Shown here: one piece after another, positions 9,175 to 18,167 of the stretch | Layout of the letters: each line of letters starts with the position of its first letter | Numbering within the stretch: the first letter of the stretch is position 1 | Source of the DNA: a virus | Taxonomy: Duplodnaviria > Caudoviricetes | Strand: one strand, 5' to 3' | Virus record (IMG/VR): IMGVR_UViG_3300028549_001457 | Coordinates: 1-64,000 of that record | Length of the DNA stretch: 64,000 nucleotides | Notes under the pieces: model-generated | What the model was told of the DNA's origin: nothing | Seen by the model: the letters and a program-made list of their open reading frames with translations, nothing else | The model's database searches: none | Translations under genes and position numbers: made by a program

Positions 9175-9456
9175 ATGATGCACGGGCATACCGCGATAAA
9201 AGAAATTCTAAAGCAAACTCCCATCTTTGGAGAGCTGGAAGAAATTGATCAACTTAGAAAAGAGTTGAATAACTCAATTAGCGATCTTGAAAAAACTTTT
9301 ACTTCTATTCTAAATCCACCGGAAGAAGCTGAAGCTGAACAACAACAGCCTGAAATTTGTCAGACAATGGTTCTTAGCCGTCTACAAGAAATCAAGCAGA
9401 CTTTCAGATTAGCTATACGCAAGATTAAATTAATTCAGAATCGCAGCCACGTTTAA
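9175..9456 (+). CDS. Hypothetical coiled-coil protein
   Basis: 93-aa ORF with AGGAG RBS; heptad-like L/I spacing. Confidence 0.7.
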   Translation: MMHGHTAIKEILKQTPIFGELEEIDQLRKELNNSISDLEKTFTSILNPPEEAEAEQQQPEICQTMVLSRLQEIKQTFRLAIRKIKLIQNRSHV

Positions 9457-9560
9457 AAATTCCAGCTTCTGTAAAGGGTTAGCTAAGCTAACCCTGAGAC
9501 CGCTAAATTCTGTACAGAATGTGGAGCTAGATTTATTAGATAACCCATAAATTCGTTGAA

Positions 9561-9600
9561 AAGAAAAGAGGACCCCCTTCTTGGGGTCCTCTTTTCTTTT
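9561..9600. terminator. Bidirectional-type intrinsic terminator
   Basis: AAGAAAAGAGGACCCC / GGGGTCCTCTTTTCTT 16-bp stem. Confidence 0.85.
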
Positions 9601-9614
9601 ATATGAGGTTAGTT

Positions 9615-10481
9615 ATGCTAAGAATTTCCAGACTCTTGAGTGGGATGGCTCGTCTGACTAGAGAGCAGAAGCAGGACCGAGAAGATATGCTAGACCCAGG
9701 TGTTGCAAGTAATACACGCATTGAGTTATTTAAGAAAATATTTGGGAACACTATTGACTTCAATGCGGGGGGAGGTCACTGGCTGTGGACTGGTGCTGCT
9801 GAAAACTCTAAAGGTAAGACGGGCACATATGGCAAAGTAACCATGCTTGGCAAGAGTGGGCTAAGAATTCACAAACTTGCATATGAAGTAGCCAATGGCC
9901 CGGTTATTCAGCGCGATGGGATTAAACCAAACGACCCCATGTATCTGGAAGTAGATCATAAATGTAGAGTCCCTCTTTGCTGCAATCCGGACCATTTGCA
10001 GGTTATTGAAAAACACCTCAACAGTAAATTAGTGACTGAAAGGGCCAATGAGGATAAGATGGAGCATGGCAGGCGTCCCGACGAGGATTATATTGGGAAG
10101 CTTCGCCAGGAGAATGATGCTCTTGCATATCGAGTTTTTTCAGCCTGGAAGAAACAAAAATATTTACCCGATTTTTGGTATTATCTAAATGAATTTAAGA
10201 ATTTTTATGAAGAATGGTTAGAGGAGCTTAGGCTTTCAGCGGATGAGTCTACTGCAGTAGAGGCGTGTTGGCACCTAGCTAATAAAATACAGGTTACCGA
10301 GAAGAAGGGTAACCCGGCCCAAACCCACGCAGACCTAAAGCGACTCACCAAAAAAGGCCCCAAGGAGGAAGAGGACCCCAACGAAGACGTCTCAGATGCG
10401 TATGTAGAAAACGCCGAGGACATTAACTTGGATAACTTCTTCGAGGGTATCGAAGACCCTGAGTTGGTTGGGGCAAAATAA
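9615..10481 (+). CDS. HNH (His-Me finger) endonuclease with C-terminal helical/acidic extension
   Basis: WLWTGA...YGK...RIHKLAYEVANGP...EVDHKCRVPLCCNPDHL; N-terminal LRISRLL; GAGG RBS before ATG 9615. Confidence 0.85.
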   Translation: MLRISRLLSGMARLTREQKQDREDMLDPGVASNTRIELFKKIFGNTIDFNAGGGHWLWTGAAENSKGKTGTYGKVTMLGKSGLRIHKLAYEVANGPVIQRDGIKPNDPMYLEVDHKCRVPLCCNPDHLQVIEKHLNSKLVTERANEDKMEHGRRPDEDYIGKLRQENDALAYRVFSAWKKQKYLPDFWYYLNEFKNFYEEWLEELRLSADESTAVEACWHLANKIQVTEKKGNPAQTHADLKRLTKKGPKEEEDPNEDVSDAYVENAEDINLDNFFEGIEDPELVGAK

Positions 10482-10531
10482 TAGCATAGAATCACCACTT
10501 TTCTAGATTGTATCTAGTTGGTGGAGGATCT

Positions 10532-11380
10532 ATGGACGCATTGATGACGTTTAAAGTAGATGAAGGGGGTTTCCTGGACTCCTATGCCCCTGTTCGAACA
10601 ATTCTAAAAGACGATGGAACTGTTTGGTTTGTGGCAAGGGATGTTGCGGATGCTCTTTCCTATAAATGGAAGGGATCCTCGACCATTAAACACGTTCCAG
10701 TAGACTGGAGAGGTCTCTATACCTACCAGACCACCTCAGGACCACAGGAAATGGCTATTCTGTCTGAGCATGGTCTTTACTTTTTCTTAAATAGGTCGGA
10801 TAAGCCTGGAGCGCTCCCTTTCCAAACTTGGGTTAATGGCACAGTTTTACCGCAATTGCGTCAGCAAAGTCTGCCTGTGCAGATTACACCTCCAGTTCAG
10901 CAACCCCCAATGACCCAGCTTCAGCTCTTACAGGCCACCATTTCCGCACTGGTCGCACAGGAGCAGCAGCAAGCTATTCAGAGTGAGAAAATTGCAAGTC
11001 TCGAACAAAAAATGGACACTTTTGAGGTTACTCGCCAGCAGTCTATTAAAGTGCTCTCGGAATTACCTGAACCTTCTGTGGATGTTCCGGACCCATCACT
11101 CCGAATTCTCACCAGTAGAGTTGTGCGAGAATATGCAAAGGCCAATGGGATTAAGGATTATTCGATCCTCTGGAATAAACTTTATATGGAATATCGGGAT
11201 GCATTCCATATTGACTTGAAAGTCATTGCGGAAAACCGGGGCATCCATGTGCTAGATCTGGCCGAAGAACGGGAGTACCTTCCGCAATTATACGCATTGG
11301 CGGTCAAGCTTTTTAAGCATCGGCTAGTTTCACCTACGGGTGGGATTCAGTGGTCAGAATCCTGGATAGACCCTCAGTAA
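10532..11380 (+). CDS. BRO-N domain protein (phage antirepressor-like)
   Basis: VWFVARDVADAL...SEHGLYFFLNRSDKPGALPFQTWV...VLPQLR; coiled-coil middle; GGAGG RBS. Confidence 0.88.
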   Translation: MDALMTFKVDEGGFLDSYAPVRTILKDDGTVWFVARDVADALSYKWKGSSTIKHVPVDWRGLYTYQTTSGPQEMAILSEHGLYFFLNRSDKPGALPFQTWVNGTVLPQLRQQSLPVQITPPVQQPPMTQLQLLQATISALVAQEQQQAIQSEKIASLEQKMDTFEVTRQQSIKVLSELPEPSVDVPDPSLRILTSRVVREYAKANGIKDYSILWNKLYMEYRDAFHIDLKVIAENRGIHVLDLAEEREYLPQLYALAVKLFKHRLVSPTGGIQWSESWIDPQ

Positions 11381-11386
11381 GAGATT

Positions 11387-11416
11387 TGGATTTTTTGAGA
11401 AAACCTCCCGTATCTT
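11387..11416 (+). promoter_or_regulatory. Class-E promoter-like motif (TGGATT-N18-TATCTT)
   Basis: Recurrent motif upstream of the 11433 operon. Confidence 0.6.
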
Positions 11417-11432
11417 GTAGCGGGAGGTTTTT

Positions 11433-11798
11433 ATGAATATGGAGAAAGAGATTTTCTATAAATTCCGGGCAGATGTCGGATTCTGTCTTATTTTCACGCT
11501 CCCCTTTAGCTTTCTCTTCATGTGGTTTGACAGAAACGCCATTGGAACTATGGCCCTCCACTTGATTATCACGTTTATTGGAGGCATGGCTCTTTTCTGG
11601 AACCCAAGTCCCTTGGAGAAGTGCGCTAGTTACGGCCTATCTATTAAACGGGAGCCTCAGCAACCCTTTTATATTATTAAATTTCCGCTCTGGGTCAAGG
11701 GGATTGTGGCAGCAGCCCTTTGGTGGGGCTTGAGATACATCATGGCCCCTTCTAGCACGGTTGATCTGGCAATGACGCTCACAAAGGGATGGCGATGA
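11433..11798 (+). CDS. Hypothetical membrane protein
   Basis: Three hydrophobic stretches; GGAGG RBS. Confidence 0.7.
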   Translation: MNMEKEIFYKFRADVGFCLIFTLPFSFLFMWFDRNAIGTMALHLIITFIGGMALFWNPSPLEKCASYGLSIKREPQQPFYIIKFPLWVKGIVAAALWWGLRYIMAPSSTVDLAMTLTKGWR

Positions 11799-11959
11799 AT
11801 TACGAAAATTTAGATCTTGTGGGTATCCTCAATAGACTTGTTACGTCTGACTATTTGGGTAAAGCCGATAAACGGGCCTGTCTCACAGAACTTTTAGTGA
11901 GAATCCAGGCGGGAACCCTCACGGTTGAGGGTGTTGTAGCTAAGATTGGAGAACCATGA
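11795..11959 (+). CDS. Small hypothetical protein (54 aa, below track cutoff)
   Basis: MNYENLDLVGILNRL...KIGEP; ATGA overlaps with both neighbours. Confidence 0.65.
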   Translation: MNYENLDLVGILNRLVTSDYLGKADKRACLTELLVRIQAGTLTVEGVVAKIGEP

Positions 11960-12279
11960 GCCTAGACGTAACTCTAACTGCGACACGAAAAGTGGAAGTA
12001 TTTACTCAAAATATAACGCATAATTTGGGACGTATGGCTCAAGAGGCTGGGATCTATCAAGCCCTGTGGCATCCTGAAGAACTTGGGATCACCCACGCAG
12101 CCGAAATGGTTGGCCCACTTAAAGCTGGTCTGGAGTTAATGAAAGCCGACCCAAAAAGGTTTGAAGCACTCAACCCTGGAAACAACTGGGGATCCTATGA
12201 AGTCTTTGTACCATGGATTGAAGACTATTTAGAGGCTTGCATCAGAAACCCTGATGCAGAAGTGTCAACAGATACGTAG
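11956..12279 (+). CDS. Conserved phage hypothetical protein
   Basis: NITHNLGRMAQEAGIY..LW.PEE...NP.NNWGSYE pattern recalled from other phage proteins. Confidence 0.7.
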   Translation: MSLDVTLTATRKVEVFTQNITHNLGRMAQEAGIYQALWHPEELGITHAAEMVGPLKAGLELMKADPKRFEALNPGNNWGSYEVFVPWIEDYLEACIRNPDAEVSTDT

Positions 12280-12287
12280 GAGGACCA

Positions 12288-12488
12288 ATGAAAGACGCAA
12301 CCCTGAACTACCAAGAGTGTTTGGCTTGGAGAACCCTATTTCCAAACCATACATATAGCCCAACCCTAGATGCAATCGTTAGGAAGACGAATGAGATCCA
12401 GGTCCAAGTGAACCCCACAGAACTCGAGTTTCCAAATACGAAGCTGGCGCTAGATCCAACCAGAATTTATAGAACAGTCCTCCAGTAA
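12288..12488 (+). CDS. Hypothetical protein
   Basis: 66-aa ORF with GGAGG RBS. Confidence 0.65.
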   Translation: MKDATLNYQECLAWRTLFPNHTYSPTLDAIVRKTNEIQVQVNPTELEFPNTKLALDPTRIYRTVLQ

Positions 12489-12502
12489 ACATACGTGGAT
12501 CA

Positions 12503-12543
12503 ATAATAATAAAAGCACCCATAGGGGGTGCTTTTATTATTAT
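12503..12543. terminator. Bidirectional-type intrinsic terminator
   Basis: ATAATAATAAAAGCACCC / GGGTGCTTTTATTATTAT 18-bp stem. Confidence 0.85.
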
Positions 12544-12666
12544 ACGCAAAATTTTTCTATTTGTATGAATCTAGATGGGTACCAGTTCTCTGCATTTTCC
12601 TTTTGTGAAGTGGGGCTACATTACACCAGTAGACCATGACGCCTAAAACTAGCTAAAGGACTCAAA

Positions 12667-14793
12667 ATGAGTGTTCCACACCGTAGTAGAACCGAACTAG
12701 CACAAGTCCTCGCAGAAAAAAATGAACGGGTTCGTCTTCTAGAAGCTGATTGTAAACGCCTTCAGAAAGAGGCGCTTGACGCAAGAGTAATTCGAAGAGA
12801 AATATTCAAGTTGGCGGATGCCAAACCAGAACTCCCTGGTTGGATGTTGGACTCCAGCAAGGCTCCTTCAAAGGGGCCTGGAATCCCCGTGGCAGTAGCT
12901 AGCGACTGGCATTGGGGTGAAAGGATCTCTCCAGAACAGATTGGTGGCGTCAACAAATATAATATTGAAATCGCACATGCGAGAGCAAAGGCTTTCTTCA
13001 GCGGAATAATTACTCTGCTGAAGAACTATATGGTGAAACCCGAGTATGAAGGCATTGTTCTCTGCTTGGGAGGGGATATGCTTTCAGGAAATATTCATGA
13101 AGAATTAGCCCAAACTAATGAGCTTCAAACCATGCCTGCTATGTTGGACCTCTATGGCGTTTTGGTTGAAGGCATTGACAGTCTTCTAAAAGAATTCGGA
13201 AGTGTTGTTATACCTTGTGTTACGGGTAACCATGGAAGAAATACCCTGAAGATGCAAGCTAAAGAACGTTGCTATACGTCATTTGACTGGCTTCTATATC
13301 AAATGCTTGAAAAGCATTATGAGAAGAATAAAAAAGTTCGGTTCTTAATCTCAGGTGGCGTGGACCAACTATTTAAGGTATACAACCACCGCTTCTTGCT
13401 AACTCACGGAGACAGCTTGGGCAAAGGCGGCGATGGAATCATCGGATGCCTAGGCCCTGTTATTCGAGGTGACAGCAAGACCAGATCACGAAACGGCCAA
13501 ATTGGCCAGGAATACGACACAATGCTCATTGGACATTATCATCAGTTGATGTTCCTTTCTAAGGTTATTATTAATGGATGTTTCCCGGCGGGAAGTCTTG
13601 TAACATGTGGACACTCGCATAAGCCTATTGAAGAAGTCAATGTGGGAGACACTGTGTTATCCCATGATGGCACGTGGAACACAGTTACTAATAAACTTCA
13701 AAAAATGTCAGATGAAGGGCTAATACACCTGAAAATCAGAGGTCTTGCTAAGCCTCTAACATGCACCCCAAATCACATGCTTTGGGCCATTAAAGGCCAG
13801 ACCAAGAAGTGTGCGGCTATAGGGGTTAAATGGGATGCTTTGCAGGGAGATGGGGACAAACCTCAATGGATCCCGGCAGATTACATCTCTCCCGAAGATT
13901 TTGTATCCATACCAGTGTTCAACGGAGGTGGTGCGACTCCCATAACACCTGACTTGGCGTGGGCATATGGGCTATATATAGCGGAGGGACATGCGCTTGT
14001 CAGAGGGGGGGCCAAAGGCCTGCACAATCGCGTGGCTTTAACAATGCACGACAGAGAACTTCCGGTGTTGGAGAAATTTGCGAAGATTATGGCAGAAAAC
14101 CACCCTGAATTGGTAGATTATCGCGTGTATACTCGAACCAGATCCAATGGCGGATTAACATCCGAGTATGTGTGCTCGGGTAAAAATATCGCGGCTTGGT
14201 TCAGAGATCAATTTGGGCACCTTGCCATAGGGAAGCAGCTACCAGAATGGATGCTGGATATGACGCCAGAACTTAAACGATGTGTTGTTCAAGGTTGGAT
14301 TGACGGTGATGGGCACACTTCAAAACGTGATTCCGCTATAAGTGTTACGACAATCTCCCCCGTATTAGCTCATCAAATGTTTGATATGGCTATGTCTTGT
14401 GGATTAAACCCGTCCCTAATGACGTTAGCTAAGGGTGGCCCCCGAAAAAATGACTCATACAGTATATGGTTTAGGCAGGGTCAAGAATCAATCGTTGTAG
14501 ATGGTGTGGTTTTCAACCGGGTCAACGCTCGCTACAGAGATACTCAAGTGGTCCCAGTGTATGATCTTGAGGTGTCGGGACCCCACACATACACTGTAAA
14601 CCACTGTGGAGTCCACAACTCTCTTTGCGGTTATAACGAATTTGCCTCAAACATGTTGAGAGCGCCCTTCGAGGTACCCAGACAGGCGCTGTTCTGTGTG
14701 CATCCTGAGCACGGAATAACCTACCAAATGCCCATATTGGTTGAGCCCCACAAGGTAGATAAGGTTCAGAAGTGGGTTTCCTGGACAGAATAA
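12667..14793 (+). CDS. Calcineurin-like metallophosphoesterase interrupted by an intein
   Basis: SDWHWGE, LGGDMLSG, GNHGR, THGD, GHYH motifs; extein junction IING|SLCGYNEF. Confidence 0.88.
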   Translation: MSVPHRSRTELAQVLAEKNERVRLLEADCKRLQKEALDARVIRREIFKLADAKPELPGWMLDSSKAPSKGPGIPVAVASDWHWGERISPEQIGGVNKYNIEIAHARAKAFFSGIITLLKNYMVKPEYEGIVLCLGGDMLSGNIHEELAQTNELQTMPAMLDLYGVLVEGIDSLLKEFGSVVIPCVTGNHGRNTLKMQAKERCYTSFDWLLYQMLEKHYEKNKKVRFLISGGVDQLFKVYNHRFLLTHGDSLGKGGDGIIGCLGPVIRGDSKTRSRNGQIGQEYDTMLIGHYHQLMFLSKVIINGCFPAGSLVTCGHSHKPIEEVNVGDTVLSHDGTWNTVTNKLQKMSDEGLIHLKIRGLAKPLTCTPNHMLWAIKGQTKKCAAIGVKWDALQGDGDKPQWIPADYISPEDFVSIPVFNGGGATPITPDLAWAYGLYIAEGHALVRGGAKGLHNRVALTMHDRELPVLEKFAKIMAENHPELVDYRVYTRTRSNGGLTSEYVCSGKNIAAWFRDQFGHLAIGKQLPEWMLDMTPELKRCVVQGWIDGDGHTSKRDSAISVTTISPVLAHQMFDMAMSCGLNPSLMTLAKGGPRKNDSYSIWFRQGQESIVVDGVVFNRVNARYRDTQVVPVYDLEVSGPHTYTVNHCGVHNSLCGYNEFASNMLRAPFEVPRQALFCVHPEHGITYQMPILVEPHKVDKVQKWVSWTE
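13579..14619 (+). mobile_element. Intein (347 aa) with LAGLIDADG homing endonuclease domain
   Basis: Starts CFPAGSLV...IEEVNVGDTVLSHDG; AYGLYIAEG and VQGWIDGDG motifs; ends VYDLEV...TYTVNHCGVHN followed by Ser. Confidence 0.93.
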
Positions 14794-14805
14794 TGGGTTC
14801 TTGAA

Positions 14806-14854
14806 GACTATCCGGGTGAGAGGCAGGATAGTCCCGGTGACATTCTTGCCTCTC
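14806..14854. ncRNA. Candidate H-type pseudoknot in intergenic region
   Basis: GACTATCC(14806-13)/GGATAGTC(14826-33) and GAGAGGCA(14818-25)/TGCCTCTC(14847-54), two interlocked perfect 8-bp stems. Confidence 0.45.
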
Positions 14855-14894
14855 CAGCAAACCCCTTAAGTCCCTTTAGGTGTGGGGGGCTTAA

Positions 14895-15530
14895 ATGACA
14901 ATTATCGCTGCTTACCGGGGGCCTGATGGTGTTTATATGGCCGGTGATTCTATGGCCGCAGATGCGAATGACACTATCTATGTATGTGACCCCAAAGTGT
15001 TTGCGTTTAGTGGGTTCACCATTGGGTATGCTGGGAGTTTCCGTTTAGGGCAGATCTTAAACCATTGTTTTAACCCCCCACCACACAACCCCATCCTAGA
15101 TGACTCTACATATATGTTCTCCGTTTGGCTTGAGAATCTTCGGGAAACGTTAGATTCTTATGGGCTGCTTAAAACTGAGAACGGTGTGGATGGCGTGGGT
15201 GAAGATGGATCTGCCCTAGTAGCTTATAGAGATAATTTGTATCATATTCAAGAAGATTTATCTATTCTAAAGGTATCCCAACCTTTTTCCGCAATAGGGG
15301 TTGGAATGAGCTACGCTATTGGAGCGATGCATGCACTCCATGGCACCCCAGGGATGTCAAGCGAGGATATTTTGTCGAAAGCTATGAGTGCCGCTGTAAA
15401 CCACTGCCCACGTTGTGGAGGCACCATAACCATGATTAAACACGAACCCTCCGCAGAGGTGCGCTGGAGAAGGCCTAGGTCGGCCAACAAGAAGAAACCT
15501 AAAATAGTTGAATCAGCGAAGAAAATCTAA
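14895..15530 (+). CDS. Ntn-hydrolase (HslV/proteasome-beta-like) peptidase
   Basis: Thr2 nucleophile (MTIIAA), AGDS, PKVF, GYAGSFR, SAIGVG motifs. Confidence 0.75.
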   Translation: MTIIAAYRGPDGVYMAGDSMAADANDTIYVCDPKVFAFSGFTIGYAGSFRLGQILNHCFNPPPHNPILDDSTYMFSVWLENLRETLDSYGLLKTENGVDGVGEDGSALVAYRDNLYHIQEDLSILKVSQPFSAIGVGMSYAIGAMHALHGTPGMSSEDILSKAMSAAVNHCPRCGGTITMIKHEPSAEVRWRRPRSANKKKPKIVESAKKI

Positions 15531-15577
15531 TATATGATGTAAAAATGGGGTGTATATAGAGTTGGAGGACCACTCTA

Positions 15578-15817
15578 ATGAACCCCAAACCTAAATATTC
15601 TGTGGAAGTACGTCAGCGTGGGGCGCACCAAGATGATATCTTGCTGCAAACAGATGCTTTTCGGGATGCGTTGGCAGAATACGAGCGATTAACCACAAAA
15701 TTGGCAGAAACCCTTAACACATGCTCGTATGATATTGTAGCATTCTATGTAAGAGACACAGGAAATTATATTCCTGTGGTAATGTCATCTGTTGAAACAA
15801 AACTCATGGAGTATTAA
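15578..15817 (+). CDS. Hypothetical protein
   Basis: 79-aa ORF with GGAGG RBS. Confidence 0.65.
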   Translation: MNPKPKYSVEVRQRGAHQDDILLQTDAFRDALAEYERLTTKLAETLNTCSYDIVAFYVRDTGNYIPVVMSSVETKLMEY

Positions 15818-15850
15818 CTCCTACCTAAAATCCTATGAACAGGAGCACTC

Positions 15851-16429
15851 GTGGAAACACTTAAGGTAAAAATCAAGGCGCTTCCAGATACGGCAATGCT
15901 TCACCACAACATTCGTCTAGCAAACCCCATGGATGAAGGCTCCCTTAAAATGAAGAGCCTCACATCTGTTAGAAAAAAAACTGAGGAAGTTTATATGGGG
16001 ATTGCAGATGTAGAGTTTGAATATGGGATGTATTATGATGCCCGTATTGGGCCATATATCCCAGGTATTTGGCTAGATGCAACGCTGATTGAAGGCGGTA
16101 AGCTCCAGAAAAACGGGAGTAAGATCAAACGTAGCACACTTGTTGTGGACACCATCATCCCTCTGGAGTATGATGGTCCAAGAGATATGGAGGCTTTAAA
16201 GGCGGATATGCGGTTTCGAGATATCCGTGCTGTGACCATTGGGACCTCTAAGAATATGCGATGCCGACCCAGGTTTACAGACTGGAAAGCCCAATTTACA
16301 ATTCAGTATAATCCGGACCTTATTAATAAGGATGAGTTAGTTGTTGCCCTAAAGACAGCGGGTGCTTGTATTGGTCTGGGTGATTATCGCCCCCGTTTTG
16401 GTCGATTTGAAGTTGAATCTGTGAGGTAA
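15851..16429 (+). CDS. RAMP/Cas7-like RRM-fold protein, not in a cas operon
   Basis: GPYIPG; RCRPRFTDWKAQFTIQY; C-terminal G-rich loop AGACIGLGDYRPRFGRFEV; AGGAG RBS, GTG start. Confidence 0.7.
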   Translation: METLKVKIKALPDTAMLHHNIRLANPMDEGSLKMKSLTSVRKKTEEVYMGIADVEFEYGMYYDARIGPYIPGIWLDATLIEGGKLQKNGSKIKRSTLVVDTIIPLEYDGPRDMEALKADMRFRDIRAVTIGTSKNMRCRPRFTDWKAQFTIQYNPDLINKDELVVALKTAGACIGLGDYRPRFGRFEVESVR

Positions 16430-16431
16430 TT

Positions 16432-16884
16432 ATGGCGAGTCCAGCGTTAATTTGGAGAGCCGCGCTACTTGAGTTCTTAGATGAGAACCATGTCCCTGGG
16501 GACATTATTGAACACAAGTGGTTCTTGGACCATTTTAAGATGGAAGTCCCTGAGACTATGTCGAAGCATGAATGGGGTAAGTGGAGCCTAAAATTTCTAA
16601 GCTACTTTATGCCATTTAGAGAGCACCTACTTAAAGACCACTTCATTGACTTACAATCTATTGGGGGGGATAACTTTCAAATTATTCCCCCAGAGGAACA
16701 AACCAGAAGTGCAGTGCTAGAATTAGGTGGCAACTATAAAAGAATTCATAGAAGGTGCTCAAATAGGCTACGGTATGTTAATAAAGATAAACTTACTCAG
16801 CAACAGCTCCAGGAGAATGCGGATGCATTAGCAAAGGTAGCTCAACTCAAAGCTATGGCGCAACCTATCTGGAAAGTTGAGTAA
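16432..16884 (+). CDS. Partner of the RAMP-like gene; possible winged-helix N-terminus and helical C-terminus
   Basis: 2-bp gap after the RAMP-like gene; LQSIGGDNFQIIPPEEQ resembles a wHTH wing. Confidence 0.6.
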   Translation: MASPALIWRAALLEFLDENHVPGDIIEHKWFLDHFKMEVPETMSKHEWGKWSLKFLSYFMPFREHLLKDHFIDLQSIGGDNFQIIPPEEQTRSAVLELGGNYKRIHRRCSNRLRYVNKDKLTQQQLQENADALAKVAQLKAMAQPIWKVE

Positions 16885-16919
16885 CCTAACTTAGCAAGAA
16901 GACTTTAAAGTAGAAACCT

Positions 16920-16955
16920 AAGAAGAAGACTCCACACAAGGGGTCTTCTTCTTTT
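16920..16955. terminator. Intrinsic terminator closing the RAMP-like operon
   Basis: AAGAAGAAGACTCC / GGGGTCTTCTTCTT stem plus T-tract. Confidence 0.8.
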
Positions 16956-16957
16956 AT

Positions 16958-18139
16958 ATGAGGTTTCGAATGATCCATTCCGCTAGAATTCTGTGCGCGG
17001 CTAGATATGTCCACATAGCTAATAAACTGAGTCATGTAATTGCTGCTGCGTGTAAACAAGCCTCGGGAGGGAGTGCAAACGCTCTCATGAATAAGTTGGC
17101 GGGGGAGAAATGGAAGATAAATGGGAGGTTGCAATATGCCCCTATAGTTCCTGGGGTAACCCCTTGGGATGTTGAGGGCGATACTACTAAGCGATACGAC
17201 TATGATGAGTATATGGACGGGGCGATCCATTCTGAAGCAATTAAATATAGAATTTCAGATCCGGAACAAATATACGAGATAACCCAGGAGTTCCTTACAC
17301 AGTTTATACCCAAGCTACGTGAGTATATCCAAAAAAGGCTTGATGAACACGATATAACAACTCCAGAAGGGCTTAGATCTTTTCAAGAAAAATTAAGGAA
17401 TAATTTTAGTACATCTGCTAGCAACTATGTAATTTCGTTAATGAGGGACCAAAAGAACAGGTTGGAAAGGGAGTCTGATAGCGGGGACTTCGCTACAAGC
17501 GGAGGTCCTTCGGTATTTGAGAGAACCCCAGGAAACCATGAGGATGCTGACACACGGTATTTGCGCGATGCCGCTCAAAACGCACGTTTCTTGAAGGATC
17601 TGAAAGAGTATGCAGATGGTGTGTCTGTAAAGACATCAAAAGCCATTCGAACCCTGGTAAACCTCATGCGTGATGGGTACCTTAAGGGAGACGTTAGCCC
17701 AGATTTGCGAGATCAAATCCAGGGGGCCATTAAGCGAGTTATCCCTGGATTTTTAAAAAGAAACCCGGTTTATGAAGACAATCTAGTCTCGTTTTTAAAA
17801 CAGTATGCACGGGATGTCAAGAAAACAAACCAGGAAGACCCATTTAAGGGAAATGTGTCGTTAAGCCTAAGGAATCAAGAGCAGAAAAACGCCTGGGAGT
17901 TCTTAAAGCGTTTAGAGGAAGGTCCCCTAGAGGGCCGTACATGGCGAAAATCGTATGGAGACTACTCACTAGATGTTCTGGTAGAAACCCTAAATAAATG
18001 GGGATACACAGTAGATGTTGCGTGGCTTCCTAACCTATCCGAGGAAGAGATTTCAGACATACGTAATAATTCTGGGACAGCGTTCAGATCTAAAATATAC
18101 ACACTTGTAAAAAAACCTTTAAGGTCGCAAATAGCTTAA
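16958..18139 (+). CDS. Hypothetical, paralog of 18168-19763; possible divergent sigma70-like region
   Basis: Shared C-terminal blocks with the downstream gene; N-terminal IHSARIL motif. Confidence 0.55.
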   Translation: MRFRMIHSARILCAARYVHIANKLSHVIAAACKQASGGSANALMNKLAGEKWKINGRLQYAPIVPGVTPWDVEGDTTKRYDYDEYMDGAIHSEAIKYRISDPEQIYEITQEFLTQFIPKLREYIQKRLDEHDITTPEGLRSFQEKLRNNFSTSASNYVISLMRDQKNRLERESDSGDFATSGGPSVFERTPGNHEDADTRYLRDAAQNARFLKDLKEYADGVSVKTSKAIRTLVNLMRDGYLKGDVSPDLRDQIQGAIKRVIPGFLKRNPVYEDNLVSFLKQYARDVKKTNQEDPFKGNVSLSLRNQEQKNAWEFLKRLEEGPLEGRTWRKSYGDYSLDVLVETLNKWGYTVDVAWLPNLSEEEISDIRNNSGTAFRSKIYTLVKKPLRSQIA

Positions 18140-18167
18140 GTGATTTGCTTTTAGTGAGGACTTTCAA

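Noticed and set aside
14806-14854. HDV-like ribozyme
   Set aside because: No P3/L3 segment between the second stem's 5' strand and the first stem's 3' strand; kept only as a generic pseudoknot
15531-16957. Short-period (e.g. GGY-NN-type) guide array flanking the RAMP-like gene
   Set aside because: Flanks contain only an RBS, a small ORF and a terminator; no such periodicity seen
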